DNA of 64,000 bases from Reclinomonas americana ATCC 50394 (taxonomy: Eukaryota), in contig PS015195.1 in the NCBI GenBank assembly GCA_048213135.1, positions 42,267 through 106,266 on the forward strand, read 5' to 3'. The position numbers and the translations under genes were made by a program. The notes beneath the pieces are model-generated. The model did no database searches. It was given only the letters and a program-made list of their open reading frames with translations, and was not told the DNA's origin. This document shows positions 1 to 20,366 of the stretch, piece by piece. Each line of letters begins with the position of its first letter. Position 1 is the stretch's first letter.

Positions 1-26
1 GTAGTAGTAGGTAGGTAGGTAGGTAG

Positions 27-75
<49 letters not shown>

Positions 76-86
76 CCTTCACTCAC

Positions 87-183
87 CACCGCGAAAGATG
101 GCACGAGCGAGAGGAGAGAAGAACATAGTCGGGAAATCGATTCGGAAAAGCGTGAGAATATCGATGTCCTGTCGCAGCGACAT
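87..183 (-). CDS. first coding exon of an unidentified gene running off the window start (partial)
   Basis: ATG at 183 gives MSLRQDIDILTLFRIDFPTMFFSPLARAIFRG, followed by a GTGAGT donor at 86 and a (CT)n intron. Confidence 0.35.
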
Positions 184-627
184 CTTGGGCGGAGCTCGAG
201 CGCTGCGCGACTGCCGTGCGCGAGCGGAGGAGTGTGGAAGAGAGAGAGAGACACAGCGAGTGATCTTTTGCAATTGATGTTGCAATCGTCGCGAAGTCGA
301 GCGATGCATGTCCGGATCGCTTTCACGAGATTGCTGTTTGTACGACACTGGCACATGCAGACGGACGGAGACCTTCATGAGCAGGTAGCAGGCACGAGGC
401 GCGCCTTCTTCGTCGCGACGCTGCATGAAAAAACAATCGCGCAATTGCAATTACCGTTCCCAATCGGGAAAGCTCCGCCAGCAAACGAGAGAGTGCCACA
501 CCACCACCAGCGAGCACACACACTCCACACCACCGATATGCAACAGCAAGACGACGACGACGACGACGACGACTTTATTGTGGACGTTGTTGCATTGTCC
601 TGCGCGTCCATCACTCGTCCGTCGTCA

Positions 628-7186
<6,559 letters not shown>

Positions 7187-7224
7187 AAACATATAAAAAG
7201 TATTTATGCGCTGACACCTTTCTG

Positions 7225-10200
7225 CTAGTCGCTGTCATCCTCGTCGGATGATGATGATTCCATGTCTCTGTCTGCGGGAACCGCCAATCGGAAGTGTGCC
7301 GCACCACCCATACCGCCGCTTCCGCTGCCACTGCCACTGCCACTTCCACTGCCACCGCCAGCAGGAGCCGCGGCGACGACATTGATGCTGTCGCTGCTGT
7401 TTCTGACGGTTTCGAGCACGTGTTCCAGAGTCGGCCTGGTGCTCTCGGCCGGAGTCTTGAGAATGGTGGCGGACACGGATCGACCTTGGTAGTCGGCATC
7501 CATGTCGAACTCGAACGCTGCTTGCGCACGGTAGTAGTGCTGTGCGACATCGATCCGCACGTCGCCCATGTTGGTGCCGCGCAAGTGGAACACGAGCTGC
7601 GGCCAAACGAAGACAGCACTGAGTTCCGCCACATCCTCGACGAAAAGAAAAAAACCGCACGCGCACATCACGATTACCTTGCCGGGCGCCGTGCTCGATG
7701 GCATCATCGCAAACAAGTCCTCTGAGAAGCACCTCACCACGTTGATGTTGAGGCTTCTGCTGATGTTTTCGGGCAACACGACCACATGTGGCACTGCTGC
7801 ATTCGGCGCACTTGCGGGATCGGCACTCCGCGCCACCGTGCACTCGTCGAGCTCCAGCGCGAAACTCAGCTTCGGCTGCGGCGGCGACTCGATGACAATA
7901 TGGCCCTTTTTTCGTTTTCCCCCGGTGTGAGCACAATGGACTCGAACGAAGGCTTCTTTCCGCGCACACACGTACTAACACACCTGCAGTTTGCATTGGT
8001 GCATGGAGAGTCGCGACATGGTCGCGTGGGGGAAGGTGACATGGGGCACGGTGACGCTTCGCAGGATGACCTCCTCAACGCCGGTGAGGCGCTCGAGGAT
8101 CGACTTCAGGGGGAACTGTGAAGAACACGGCAGTCAGCATCAAGCCTCCCACAACAAAGGAAGAGCAAGGAGCTGGGGAGAAAAATTGATGTTGAGAGTG
8201 CGAGACCATAGAACATCCCCGGCTGGAATGGCGGCAGCGAAAGCATGCCGACCATGCGAAACAGTCGTTGTATGGCGGATGAGGCCAGGCGGAAAGGAGT
8301 CAAGAACGCGTGGTACACATTCATCGCAAAGCGACACGGACCAAAGAGACGACAGGCAGCCTTGAACAGGCGCCGACGAGAGACGGTGTGTTGGCGGAGA
8401 GCAATCAAGACTTCGCGCACAAACTCGTACACGGCGCGAAGCGAGGACACAAATGCCAGAGGTGGAAACACCATACACAGGAGCGCGACGAGCAGGCGGA
8501 AAGGGTACGTTACAAGAGAGCGCAGGAAGGACATGGTGGCGTCACAGGGAACGAGCGAAAAAAAAAGAGCGCGCACAGAATACCGGATCGAGAGAATCAC
8601 AGAATCATTTTGTCGTGTGCGGGGGCGAGACAGGAGAATCGACTCACCGACGTCATCACGGGGCGGGTAACACCAATTTCCAACTTCTGACAACGTAGCG
8701 GGAGCTGGCCGACCGGGAACACATCAGTCACTTGCACCGTGTTGTCTGTGTGGCACCTCGCAGTGTGAGCGCAGCTATCGATGAATGTATGGCATGACGG
8801 TGCGTGCGAGAAGGTGTGTTCACAACTGCGGACGCGGATCGTGGGGATGAGGACTCCAGTTGCCTCCGATGGCCAGGCATCGTTGATAATGTCGGTATCC
8901 AAGGACCCAGTGTCCAGCGTCGCTAGTGACGGAAGATCGCAGCGCAGAGTGCCGATGTGGGACGAGTCCAGTCTGGACACATGCGGTCAGCACTGCACAA
9001 TCACACGCGGGAAACTCGGCAAAAAAAAAAAACACTCACGACAGCAGTTGTACGAGTGGATGATTGATAATCACTCTGTCGATGTTGCACTTGAAGAAGC
9101 GAATGAGGCGCAGACTCGGCACCCATTGCTGCAGCGTCGACAGGTCCAGCTCCGATTGCTGCATTCCACAAATGGTGAGCAGCATGCACGACGAACGATA
9201 TCGACCACGCATAATCTGTGTTGCGCGCGAGTCAGACAAGAAAAAGAATAAAGACGGAAGGGCGACACAACGGACCGGTTCGTCGGGCAGTTGTGCTTGC
9301 ACGCCAGCCTCCACTGCATCCTCTGCGTCAGTGAAATCCACCGTGAGCTCACTTATCGGTGTGAACGCAAGCAGGGCGGCCACTCGGTGCTGCAGCGACA
9401 GTCCCGCTGATGCGCGATCGTTGTAGATTAGTGTCAACACACGGCAGAAACGCACACGACGATCGTTACCATTGCGCTTGACGTTGACGATCAAGGAGGA
9501 GATGTAGGAGAGCTGCACGAGCGGACTGGGCACTTGCGTAAACTCGGTGGCCTCGCGATCTGCGTCGGCCTTGGCGTACATGGCGGCGTTGAATGTCGGC
9601 ACCTGCACCTGGCTGCTCGCAGCGCACGCGTGAACATCACGACGACGATGACCGAATGGTACCCAGGCACAACTCACAAGATAGTGGTCCGCATATGAGA
9701 AGATGAAACCGCCGCTCGGAATCGCGGATCAGCCTGCACAAACTCGCCCGATGCGACCACCGACGTCGACGACCAAGACAGCTTCGACCGCGTCTGAATG
9801 TGCAGCACATCGGCCTCAACAAGCTCCGTCGTGGACTGCATGTAGGGGTGTGAATATCATGCACACACACACACGGTCATCCTGCGCGCGCCTCTCAACG
9901 CACCGCGTAGTTATGCAAACCGGTGATATCGCGAGCGTTGTGGCCCAAGAAGTCGTGGTGCAAATCGGCTGTGCCGACGCGCACTATACACGTACGCATC
10001 TTTTGGCTGCCGGCCAAACCTCTCGACAAGACGCATCGCGACAGCGCCGGACCATCCAAGATGAACTGCGCGCACGTGCAAGTGGATAAAAATCGCCAAG
10101 AAAAAAGTACAAGTATTCTGCATTCCGCGCAACGCACGTTGCGTGATGTGACGGCGGACCGCATGGTAAAGTGCACCAGGCGCGGACAACGGATTTCAAA

Positions 10201-13071
10201 CATCTCCGGACAGAGGCGATCGTCTGGCAGCACCTCCGTCCGCGTCATGCGCGGCTGCACAGACATCTCCTCCAACGTGAGAGTCTGCATAATGGAGCTC
10301 TTGATCGAGATTTCCATTCTCAGCGAGCGCACGCGCAGCTGCAGCGATTCGCACCACTGTGGCCAACATGGAGTGTTGTGAGTGTGACAGACAGAGATCG
10401 ATAGTGAATGCAAAACAGCAGAGAGAGAAGGAATAACAAGAGATTGATGCGGGAGACACTGAGCAGACGAGGGAAAGACGGAGAAAAGTATGCACGCACC
10501 TGGCCCAGATCGCTGAGTGCTACACTGCCGATTTTCTCGGTCATGACCGAGGCTTTGATGCCGATGTTGCGGGCGCGGCCGCTGCGGAGGTTGCGGTGGA
10601 GGTTGATGGACTGGATGGTCTGTGTTGAGGAGAGGGGGGTGAGAAGAGAGGAGAAGGGAGGAGAAGATGGAGAGGGAGAAGAAGGGAGAAGGGAGAAGAA
10701 TGGAGTGGGAGAGGGAGAAGAGAGATAGAGAGAGAGACAGACAGAGACGAAGAGATTCAGAGATAGAGAGAATGAGAGAGATAGTACAGAGGGATGTCAC
10801 GAAGCGGGTGCAGAATGAACAAATAAAGAGAGCATGCAAGCCGGGGTACGACCNNNNNNNNNNNNNNNNNNNNNNNNNNNNNNNNNNNNNNNNNNNNNNN
10901 NNNNNNNNNNNNNNNNNNNNNNNNNNNNNNNNNNNNNNNNNNNNNNNNNNNNNNNNNNNNNNNNNNNNNNNNNNNNNNNNNNNNNNNNNNNNNNNNNNNN
11001 NNNNNNNNNNNNNNNNNNNNNNNNNNNNNNNNNNNNNNNNNNNNNNNNNNNNNNNNNNNNNNNNNNNNNNNNNNNNNNNNNNNNNNNNNNNNNNNNNNNN
11101 NNNNNNNNNNNNNNNNNNNNNNNNNNNNNNNNNNNNNNNNNNNNNNNNNNNNNNNNNNNNNNNNNNNNNNNNNNNNNNNNNNNNNNNNNNNNNNNNTCGC
11201 GGGCAACGTGAGTCTACAAGCGCACTGCCACTATCAAGTAAGATGTGCGTGCCGAACCCGTCCCGGAAACTGGAGTTGTAGTTTGAGACGTAGCGGCCCT
11301 GATAATCCTCCGACACCGACGGGACCAGGGTGAGTCGATGAATGCGCGTTTGGGCCAACACGTGCGTCAGGCGGAGAATGCTCTCTTCCGCTGCCGCGAT
11401 CTGTGCAAAGGCACATTGGGTAAAAACAAGATTGTGCAGCGATGCCAAGCACAACATGAACAAGCAAACCTCGGCAGCGGAATACGTGATGACGCCGTTG
11501 TGGTGTCGTCCGAGCCGCACTGGCGCATAGTCCAGACACACGGTGATCGCCTCGATCGGGCAGCGTGAGTCGGGTGCCGACGCCATTGTGGCCTCCAGGT
11601 AGGTGCACAGCATGTCGGGCTGTATCAGACAAGTTAGTGACAGCCGTGGATGGGCGTGGAAACGAAGAGTTACCGTCAACGGCATGCCCTGCAGTGTGAC
11701 ATTGCGGACCACTGGCATGCATACAGCCAGCTGAGACATGAAGTGATCGGCGTCGGTATCCATGTTTGTGCGCCCGTACTGGAAGCGAAGGTTGACATCC
11801 TGCTCCACGGGCACATGAGGACGCCATGCAGCAGAGACACTGGTGATGAGAATCGACGCAACATGAACACGCGGATACAACTTGCGCAGGCGCTCAAAGA
11901 GGCGGTTGGCCAGCTCGGGATTGGTAAAGTGCGGCATAAGGCACTCCACGCTCTGCACGTGCGCCAGCCGACTGCGCGCTCGACTCGCCGCCGCCACTTG
12001 CATTAGCGGGTGTCGGCAGTCCCAGCGTAGCTGCAGAGAGGAGAAGGGGGAGGGATAAGGGGAAAGGAGAGGGAAGGGAGAGGGAAGGGAGAGGGAAGGG
12101 AGAGGGAAGGGAGAGAAAAAGAGAGGAAGTGATGGATGAAGATGAAGAGAGCAAACAAGCGGCCTCAACAACCATGGATGAGGAGTATCCGCATCGATGA
12201 CGAAGGAGTGCATCACAGACAAGTCAAAGTGAATGATAAGGTGGCAAGCAAATGCTGGAGGAGGGAGAGGCACACACTCAANNNNNNNNNNNNNNNNNNN
12301 NCGACAGCCGCTGTCGGCGCCCTCGGCACTGCAGTTGCCACCACTGCTGCTGTCGCCGCCACTGCTGCGGTTGGCACTCTGGTTCCCACGGTCGCGCCAC
12401 TGCTCACAGCCGAGGTTCGCGTTGCTACGGTCGTCACCGCTGGCGCAATCGGATCGGTTGTCTGAGAGGGCGCGACAAGTGAGCAAAGAGAGACAGTAAG
12501 GAGTCGCATCTTCCTGTCGTTGGAGTTATATAGAAGTCACCAGAGACACCTCGCGGTTCTCTCTCACTCACTGCCTCACTGATCAAAGGCCTCTCGGCAG
12601 CAGCAGCACGATCTCTTGCCAGCTGTCTGTCAATCACTGAATCTCTCTTTTCCCTCTCTTCCCACTCACCTTGGCCTGCTCACGCGATCGCTTGCCCGGC
12701 TTCTTGCCCTCCACATAGTCTCCATCGTCATCATCGTCCTCCACATACTCGTCATCCTCCTCCATCTCCTCCATCTCCTCCACCTCCTCCTCTGCTTCCT
12801 CTGCTTCCTCCATCTCCTCGTCTTCCTCCTGCACCTTCTCTGGCGGTTGTCGCCGTCTTGTCGCTTTCTTCTTCGCCACAGGCTTCTTCGCCACAGGCTT
12901 CTTCTTCGTGCTCGCTTTTCGCGCTTGTCTCTTGACAGCGATCTTCTTTGTTGTCTCCGTTGTGTTTTGCTGCTGCTCAGAGGCATCGTCCTCGGCCACC
13001 GCACTCATCTCCACATCAGCCTGCTTACGCGCAGCAAGGCGTGCAGACACGCGCGAGGGTGGTGCACTCAT
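7225..13071 (-). CDS. large multi-exon protein: basic/acidic low-complexity N-terminus followed by degenerate leucine-rich-repeat-like segments
   Basis: Exon MSAPPSRVS..REQAK|GTGAGT; internal exons such as LERLTGVEEVILRSV, PSLRLIRFFKCNIDRVIINHP, IRCPRLVHFTM and LTHVLAQTRIHRLTL resemble LRR beta-strands. Joining all exons into one gene across two gaps is an inference. Confidence 0.4.
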
Positions 13072-13189
13072 CGCTCTTGTGTAACAACAAAAGTCGAGGC
13101 GTGGTCGATGTCGACCAGCGTCCGTCTTGTCGATGTCGAGCTCTCGTCTACACAAGGAGGCGTACAGTACGTCTTCGGCCACATTGACA

Positions 13190-13290
13190 ACTCACCAACA
13201 AACAAGCAACACCAATCATGAGGCAGCAGCAGGATTCTTGTGTGTGTGTGTTCGCTCGTGAATGAACAGTGGATTTGACACACTTGCAGC
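13190..13290 (-). repeat. dispersed upstream element, copy 1
   Basis: Reverse complement matches 25213-25398 in three colinear blocks. Confidence 0.8.
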
Positions 13291-13740
13291 CGTAGATCCG
13301 CGAGAAACCGCTGCTTTTNNNNNNNNNNNNNNNNNNNNNNNNNNNNNNNNNNNNNNNNNNNNNNNNNNNNNNNNNNNNNNNNNNNNNNNNNNNNNNNNNN
13401 NNNNNNNNNNNNNNNNNNNNNNNNNNNNNNNNNNNNNNNNNNNNNNNNNNNNNNNNNNNNNNNNNNNNNNNNNNNNNNNNNNNNNNNNNNNNNNNNNNNN
13501 NNNNNNNNNNNNNNNNNNNNNNNNNNNNNNNNNNNNNNNNNNNNNNNNNNNNNNNNNNNNNNNNNNNNNNNNNNNNNNNNNNNNNNNNNNNNNNNNNNNN
13601 NNNNNNNNNNNNNNNNNNNNNNNNNNNNNNNNNNNNNNNNNNNNNNNNNNNNNNNNNNNNNNNNNNNNNNNNNNNNNNNNNNNNNNNNNNNNNNNNNNNN
13701 NNNNNNNNNNNNNNNNNNNNNNNNNNNNNNNNNNNNNNNN

Positions 13741-14907
13741 AGCACCAGAATGGAGAAGGTGACGAGCGGCGGGGTGCCATGATCTTTCGGTTTCCTCGTC
13801 CACTGGTGGATCTTGCTGAGCAGCGGACGCACGGCCAAGAGCAGGAACGCCGCCCAGCCGCTGGCCGTTAACAGTACTGCATGCAAAATAAAAAGTGAGG
13901 TGAGGTGGGAGGCGGCGAGTCTGTGTGTGTGTGTGTGTGCACGACGCAACCCCACAAAATGAGCAGATAGTCGCTCGAGTTGCCGGCAATCGCCATCACC
14001 AGCACCAGCAGCACCCAGGCGCCAGCGTCGCCAAAAGCCGCCGCCGACAGCACCGCGCGCCCGACTGAGCAGTGCAACATCTTCCGATCGGTGAGAATGC
14101 GCGCCAGCACCGGGAAGGCGGTGATGGAGAGCGCCACGCCCACGAAGATGAGAAAGGCGCCAAACGACACCGACGAGCGGCCCATGAAATCGTACAGCAC
14201 AGGCGAGATGGCTGCGCCGAGCACAAAGCACAACAGAATGCCGCTGGTGGAGACCACCACGGCCTCTTTGAGGTGCTTCCTCATGTAGCGCACGTCCATC
14301 TCCATGCCGGTGAGTGTCATGAAGAACATGAGCGCGAGATCGGCGACCACGCGCAGCACATCGAGACTCGCGTCGGGGAAGATCGAGTTCTTGAAGCTGG
14401 CAATGTGGCACATGGCGGTGGGGCCTGCGTGGAGGCATGAGAGGAAGGAGGGAGGGAGGGAGGGAGGGAGGGAGGGAGGGAGGAGGAGGAGGAGGAGGAG
14501 GAGGAGGAAAGGAGGAAAGGAGGAGGAGGAGGATGCGACTACAAACCGAGTAAAATGCCACCTATGATCTCGGCCACGACTTTCGGCTGTCGCACTCGCG
14601 CCAGCAGGAGTGCGAGGAGTCTTGTGAAGACGAGAATAATGACGACTTGCACGAGGAAGAGGCAGAGTGGAATGGTGAGCGCTGTGTCATGAACGAAATC
14701 AAGTGAGAAAGAGAAAGGGGTAAGAGTTGGGGAAGAGGAAGAGGAGGAGGAGGAGCGCAACGGTTGCCACCCGTGAAGATGTTGGGCGCTGCATGTGTGA
14801 GTATGCGTGAGAGAGAGAGAGAGAATGAGAGAAGGGGAATGTGTGAGTCAATGAGGATCGCGCTGGGAAGATGGATGCGAGGGAGAGAGAATGCAACTGT
14901 CGCCCAT
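13741..14907 (-). CDS. CPA2-family cation/H+ antiporter (KHA1/CHX-like); 3' part lost in gap
   Basis: Spliced protein MGDT|PNIFTGGNP|LTIPLCLFLVQ..RVRQPKVVAEIIGGILLG|PTAM..GMEMD..GVALSITAFPVLARILTD..AAAFGDAGAWVLL matches the CPA2 signatures. Confidence 0.9.
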
Positions 14908-15117
14908 GGGATGAAGGGAAGAGTCAGAGCTGTGAGCGTGAGTTGTGCGTGATTGAGGAGCGTGACTCATGATGGATTCTTGTCATGCTCGAATCGTTTT
15001 CAGTTTCTTGTCGCATTGCATTTTGTGAAACGCCTTCTCTAGATATCTGTGCTTCAGGCTTGCCGGTTGTGTTGACTCTCCGACCAAGTGCAGCCTTCTT
15101 CTTCTTCTAGATCTTCT

Positions 15118-16700
15118 TCACACCATGGCAGCCGGTGGCGGCACCGACGCGGACGGGCACGTGGCGAACCACTCGTGCTGCAGAGCGTCGGCCGCGGTGA
15201 TGCGGTCGTCGGGCTCCAGCGCCGTCATCTGACACATCAGGTCGATGGCCAGGCTCCACTTGTGCCACGCTGCCGATCCCTCCTTTGTGCCGTTGTCACG
15301 CTCCTCACAAGTGGCCTCCTCGAGCAGCATCCGCACGTCGAACGGGTGCAACGAATCCGTGTACCACGGGAACTTTCGGCCCATCAGCATCATGGCCAAC
15401 GTCACCCCGAGGCTCCACATGTCGACTTCTACGCCCCACGGATGACGTTCGCCGTCCCATCCGCACATCTCCGGCGCCTGGATGTATGCAGTTTGCAGTC
15501 AGCTAAAACCCAGCAACACTACCTCCAGTGGAGGACCCGCATTGCAACGCACAAAGAAGCCACGGGTGCCGCGCTTACTGCGGAGCTGGCGGGCGCCATC
15601 GTCGTGCAGCATCACGCACAAGTTGTAGTCGATCAGAATCGCTCCTTGTCGGTGGCGGTCGAAAAGGATGTGCACGGGCTTGATGTCGCAATGCACGATA
15701 TGGCGCGCGTGCATACTGCGAAGCACCAGAAGTGTGTCGCGCACCGCCACAGCCACCTCGTCGATGTTGAACAGCATGTCGTCGGGGACTCGGTCGAACA
15801 CCAGGACGCCGCGTTGCAGATTCTCCCGGAGCAGTCGCGGCAAGCAGCCGCGGATGGCAGCATCGTCGTACAGCGTCCTCAGCACTCGCGCCTCCAGCTG
15901 CGCTTGCTGCGTACCAGAGGTCTTGGTAACGATGGTGGAGCTCACCGACGCCCCAACGATCGCGCCAGTGGTCCGCTGAGGAGGAGCAGCGACAGCGCTC
16001 TGGCTGGAGCTCCACGAGCTGAGCGATGGGCAGACCAGAAGCATCAGCTGGCGGAATCGCCTCTGCTGCACAGTTGTGTGCAATAGGGCGGCAGTTCGGC
16101 GCGCCGTCTTCCAGATCGTCAACAGCACCGCATGCAGCGACACCACGGTGCCCACTGCACGGGCCAAACAGTGAAAAAAAGTTCAACACATTGACGGTGC
16201 GCGACGCGGATNNNNNNNNNNNNNNNNNNNNNNNNNNNNNNNNNNNNNNNNNNNNNNNNNNNNNNNNNNNNNNNNNNNNNNNNNNNNNNNNNNNNNNNNN
16301 NNNNNNNNNNNNNNNNNNNNNNNNNNNNNNNNNNNNNNNNNNNNNNNNNNNNNNNNNNNNNNNNNNNNNNNNNNNNNNNNNNNNNNNNNNNNNNNNNNNN
16401 NNNNNNNNNNNNNNNNNNNNNNNNNNNNNNNNNNNNNNNNNNNNNNNNNNNNNNNNNNNNNNNNNNNNNNNNNNNNNNNNNNNNNNNNNNNNNNNNNNNN
16501 NNNNNNNNNNNNNNNNNNNNNNNNNNNNNNNNNNNNNNNNNNNNNNNNNNNNNNNNNNNNNNNNNNNNNNNNNNNNNNNNNNNNNNNNNNNNNNNNNNNN
16601 NNNNNNNNNNNNNNNNNNNNNNNNNNNNNNNNNNNNNNNNNNNNNNNNNNNNNNNNNNNNNNNNNNNNNNNNNNNNNNNNNNNNNNNNCGCGACGACGAC

Positions 16701-16773
<73 letters not shown>

Positions 16774-18932
16774 CGCAAGCCAAGAAACTCGCTGTGCAAC
16801 ATGTCGTGTGCCGACACTCCGCAGCTGGCTAACTGCCAGACACCAAGCGCAGAGTAGCCGACAACATCGAAATCGACATCGACAAAGTGGCACTCGAAAA
16901 TGGCCACCGTGGAGTGCCCGGTGAGTGCACCGAATACTGTAAGCTCCCTCTCGCGTTCTGGCTCCACTCGTGCCGCCAGCTGATGCAGCGAAATCCACAT
17001 CGACTCGAAAACCTTCTTGGCGTCAGGGTGGCGCAGCAGGCCAAGCGAGGTCCGCGCCCTCTGTTGAACGACGCCAGCCTCACTGAGTACGTTGAAGTCG
17101 CCCAGCGCAGTGCTCGTGGTATGGCCGGCTCGCACATTGTCACAGACACGAACGAGGGATTCAGCAGCCCCATGTGGAGGGACGCTGGCAGGAGTCACCC
17201 TGTGACATACATACAAGAATTGAGCGTCATATTCAAAAACCCAAGGGCTGAGCTCGGGAACAGTACTTACGCATTCCAGTACTCGGCTCCCGACTTGTTC
17301 GCCGTCAGAAAGATTGGGAGCGAGAAGTAATCATCACGAGCCCCGCCAATGTGGTGGCGCAACACGAGGCCCAAGTCCATGAATGCCGCCCCGTCTGCAT
17401 CGGACGGCTCGTCGTTTCCATGGCCTGCTGCAGTCGCCGCTGTGGAGTCGCAAAGAAATCTCATCGCAGTGAGAAAGAGATTGTACACCGCAACGCGAGA
17501 GCGCAGCACAAACCACGAGCTGCCTTCTTCGACACCACCGCGCTGCCGTGCGTGTACACCACAGAAAAGTCGGACCCTTCAGGTGCAGCAGCCTCCGCGA
17601 AAGGCTGCATCCTCAATATGGATCCAAACATGCCGGTCCACACTGTACTCTCGATGTAAGCTTCACTGCCGGCGAATACTGCGCACGACACCACACCTTA
17701 AAAGTAGACAAAGACAAAGACAACCTCACTGGCATCACGCACACTCGGGATTGTAGATCTGCGGGTCAAGAATCAGCACGCGTTTGGGTGCAGCCGAATC
17801 ACCACCGCTGCCGCTGGCAGCCCCATCGTCACCGGCACCAAGAGTCGAACTCTCCATGAGATATCTCACATAAATCAGTGGCCTGCCAGACGGAGAAAGA
17901 AAGTGAGAGGACACCGAGGAGAGACGAGCGTGCGGTGCACTGTACAATTTGAGATCCAGTCCTTGTTCCGCACCCTCTTCGTCTTCTTCAGTCAACAGTG
18001 CCGCATCCTCCTCCACTAACTCCAGAGTGGAATACTTCATGCCCGCCACGGACCCCGAAAGCAACTCGCGGAGCGATTGGTGAATGTCACGCTCGACTGA
18101 TGGCAAGCAGCCGTCACACACAGTGGCGTGCGTTTTCCCGTCGACTTGTAGCATGCTGCCCATCTCCCAGTTGGCGAGGCGCACAAATCCTGCCATGTAC
18201 ACACTCATTGGAGGCGAGAGCAAGAAAAATATTGCAGCATGCTCCTGTTTTTCACGAACCTTGCATGAGTGCTCGCCGGCATTCCACTTCGAGAACGCTC
18301 TTCTTCTTGGTGACGAGGTCGGTAGTCACGTCAAAGAGGAGGCGCAGTCCCCACTTCAGACTCCGCTGATCAAACACGGCATCGAACGTGTTGGTGCTCG
18401 GTACAGCTGCAAACAAGGCACCGGAGGTGATAGTCAGCCACTACCACGTGAGCTCAACACACTCTCAAGTCGCTCTGCACGCAACATCTGCTGTCGGTGG
18501 TGAGACTGGTGAACTGGTCGACAGCATGACGCTGTGGAGAATGCCGGCCAGCTTCGACTGCAGCGTTGCGATCGCGAGCTGCCGCCTCTTGCTCGAACTG
18601 CGCAATCCTGGCGGCTGCACTCTTCGCAGCCTGAATTACTAAGCTGATTGTGACTGCCTTGCACCCTGCAAGAAGAAGGAAGGGTCAACAGAAACAGAAA
18701 CCTGTGCATAGTAGGGAGATGTGTTGTAACCTTCTGGGAGAGAGTTCCACGCGGCCACAGGAAATGCTGCTGCGAGCTGCAAACAAGCGTCCCTTGCAAA
18801 GGCGTGATCTGATTCTGGCAACTCGGGCATGCACTCATCAAAGTGATACTCGGCATGCAGATCTGAACAAGCACACAGATCATGTCAGTGCAGCAGCCCC
18901 CCTTTCTCTCCCCCGCTGCATTGTGTGAGTGC

Positions 18933-18981
<49 letters not shown>

Positions 18982-19061
18982 TCTCCAGTACAAACCGCTC
19001 ACAGAGAACTCGACACCAGTGTCCACTGCAGCACAGCACACAGTCATGACAGAATGAGCAG

Positions 19062-19128
<67 letters not shown>

Positions 19129-19706
19129 NNNNNNNNNNNNNNNNNNNNNNNNNNNNNNNNNNNNNNNNNNNNNNNNNNNNNNNNNNNNNNNNNNNNNNNN
19201 NNNNNNNNNNNNNNNNNNNNNNNNNNNNNNNNNNNNNNNNNNNNNNNNNNNNNNNNNNNNNNNNNNNNNNNNNNNNNNNNNNNNNNNNNNNNNNNNNNNN
19301 NNNNNNNNNNNNNNNNNNNNNNNNNNNNNNNNNNNNNNNNNNNNNNNNNNNNNNNNNNNNNNNNNNNNNNNNNNNNNNNNNNNNNNNNNNNNNNNNCACT
19401 TGGAACAAGACCACTCACCCATCGCGTTGTGTAAAACACGACTTGACGATCAAAGTGAGGCGTAGTCGAGGACGCCAAAGTTCTTTGTTGCAGCAGTGTG
19501 GTACACAAGCGAAGGGCACGCTGAGAAAAGTGGGTGCATCGTGGCGCGCTCGTGTTCCCGGCCCCTTCTCTCGCAAATCAGTCAAAAAGTTCGTCGACGT
19601 CGACGTCACCCCCGGAGAATCGCAGAAATAGCAGGCGGAGTAACAAAGACCTTGTCGCTCACTCAAGGATCGACAGCGCTGCTCTCCTCGGCGCTCGCTG
19701 CTCCAT
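15118..19706 (-). CDS. large multi-exon protein with unknown N-terminal region and a C-terminal atypical Ser/Thr kinase domain (kinase about 15118-16156)
   Basis: Kinase motifs VTK..E, HCDIKPVH, DYN, GTRGFF|APE, DMWSLG, RITAADALQHEWF. Upstream exons at 16770-19530 splice in frame, and the exon ending LRG|gtgtgt is phase-compatible with the kinase exon across the gap. The start codon is uncertain. Confidence 0.55.
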
Positions 19707-20156
19707 CTCCGCCACACATGCATATGCGCAAAACTGGAACCGAACAATTGTCGGAAGAAATTCCTCTTGTCGCAACGCCGTCGCGTCTCGACCGCCTCTC
19801 AGTCACCTCCAAGTTACAGCATTGCATTTCCCCACTTTACCGATGTAGTGCAGACTCAGTGAGGGCCCTCTCAAATTGCCCGTCGACAAACCGGACACGC
19901 ATTCATTTGATGAATTCGTCGGGTGCGACCCCTCTCGTGTGGCCCGTCGCGGCCCCGGGCCCAAACATGTTCCCACCTCCACTTACATTTCATACTTTTG
20001 CACCATTGTTCCTTGCCATAGCGCGCACAGACCACCTCTCGCATTTTCCGAACACGTCCCCGAGAGAAAGACTGCACCGTTGCAATCATCACCAAAGGAA
20101 GTCATCGTCCGCCTGCGCACCCAAGAATTTTTGTTTTTATATTGCAAGCAAACTCA

Positions 20157-20277
20157 ATGGCGTCGCGCTGGCGTCACTCGGTCACCTGTGTGACTGCGGC
20201 GCTCATTGTCATTGCTGTTGCGCTCTCTGCGCATGCGCACCCCGAGTACCAAGCGCAGGTTCCGAATGGCAGCAGTG

Positions 20278-20366
<89 letters not shown>

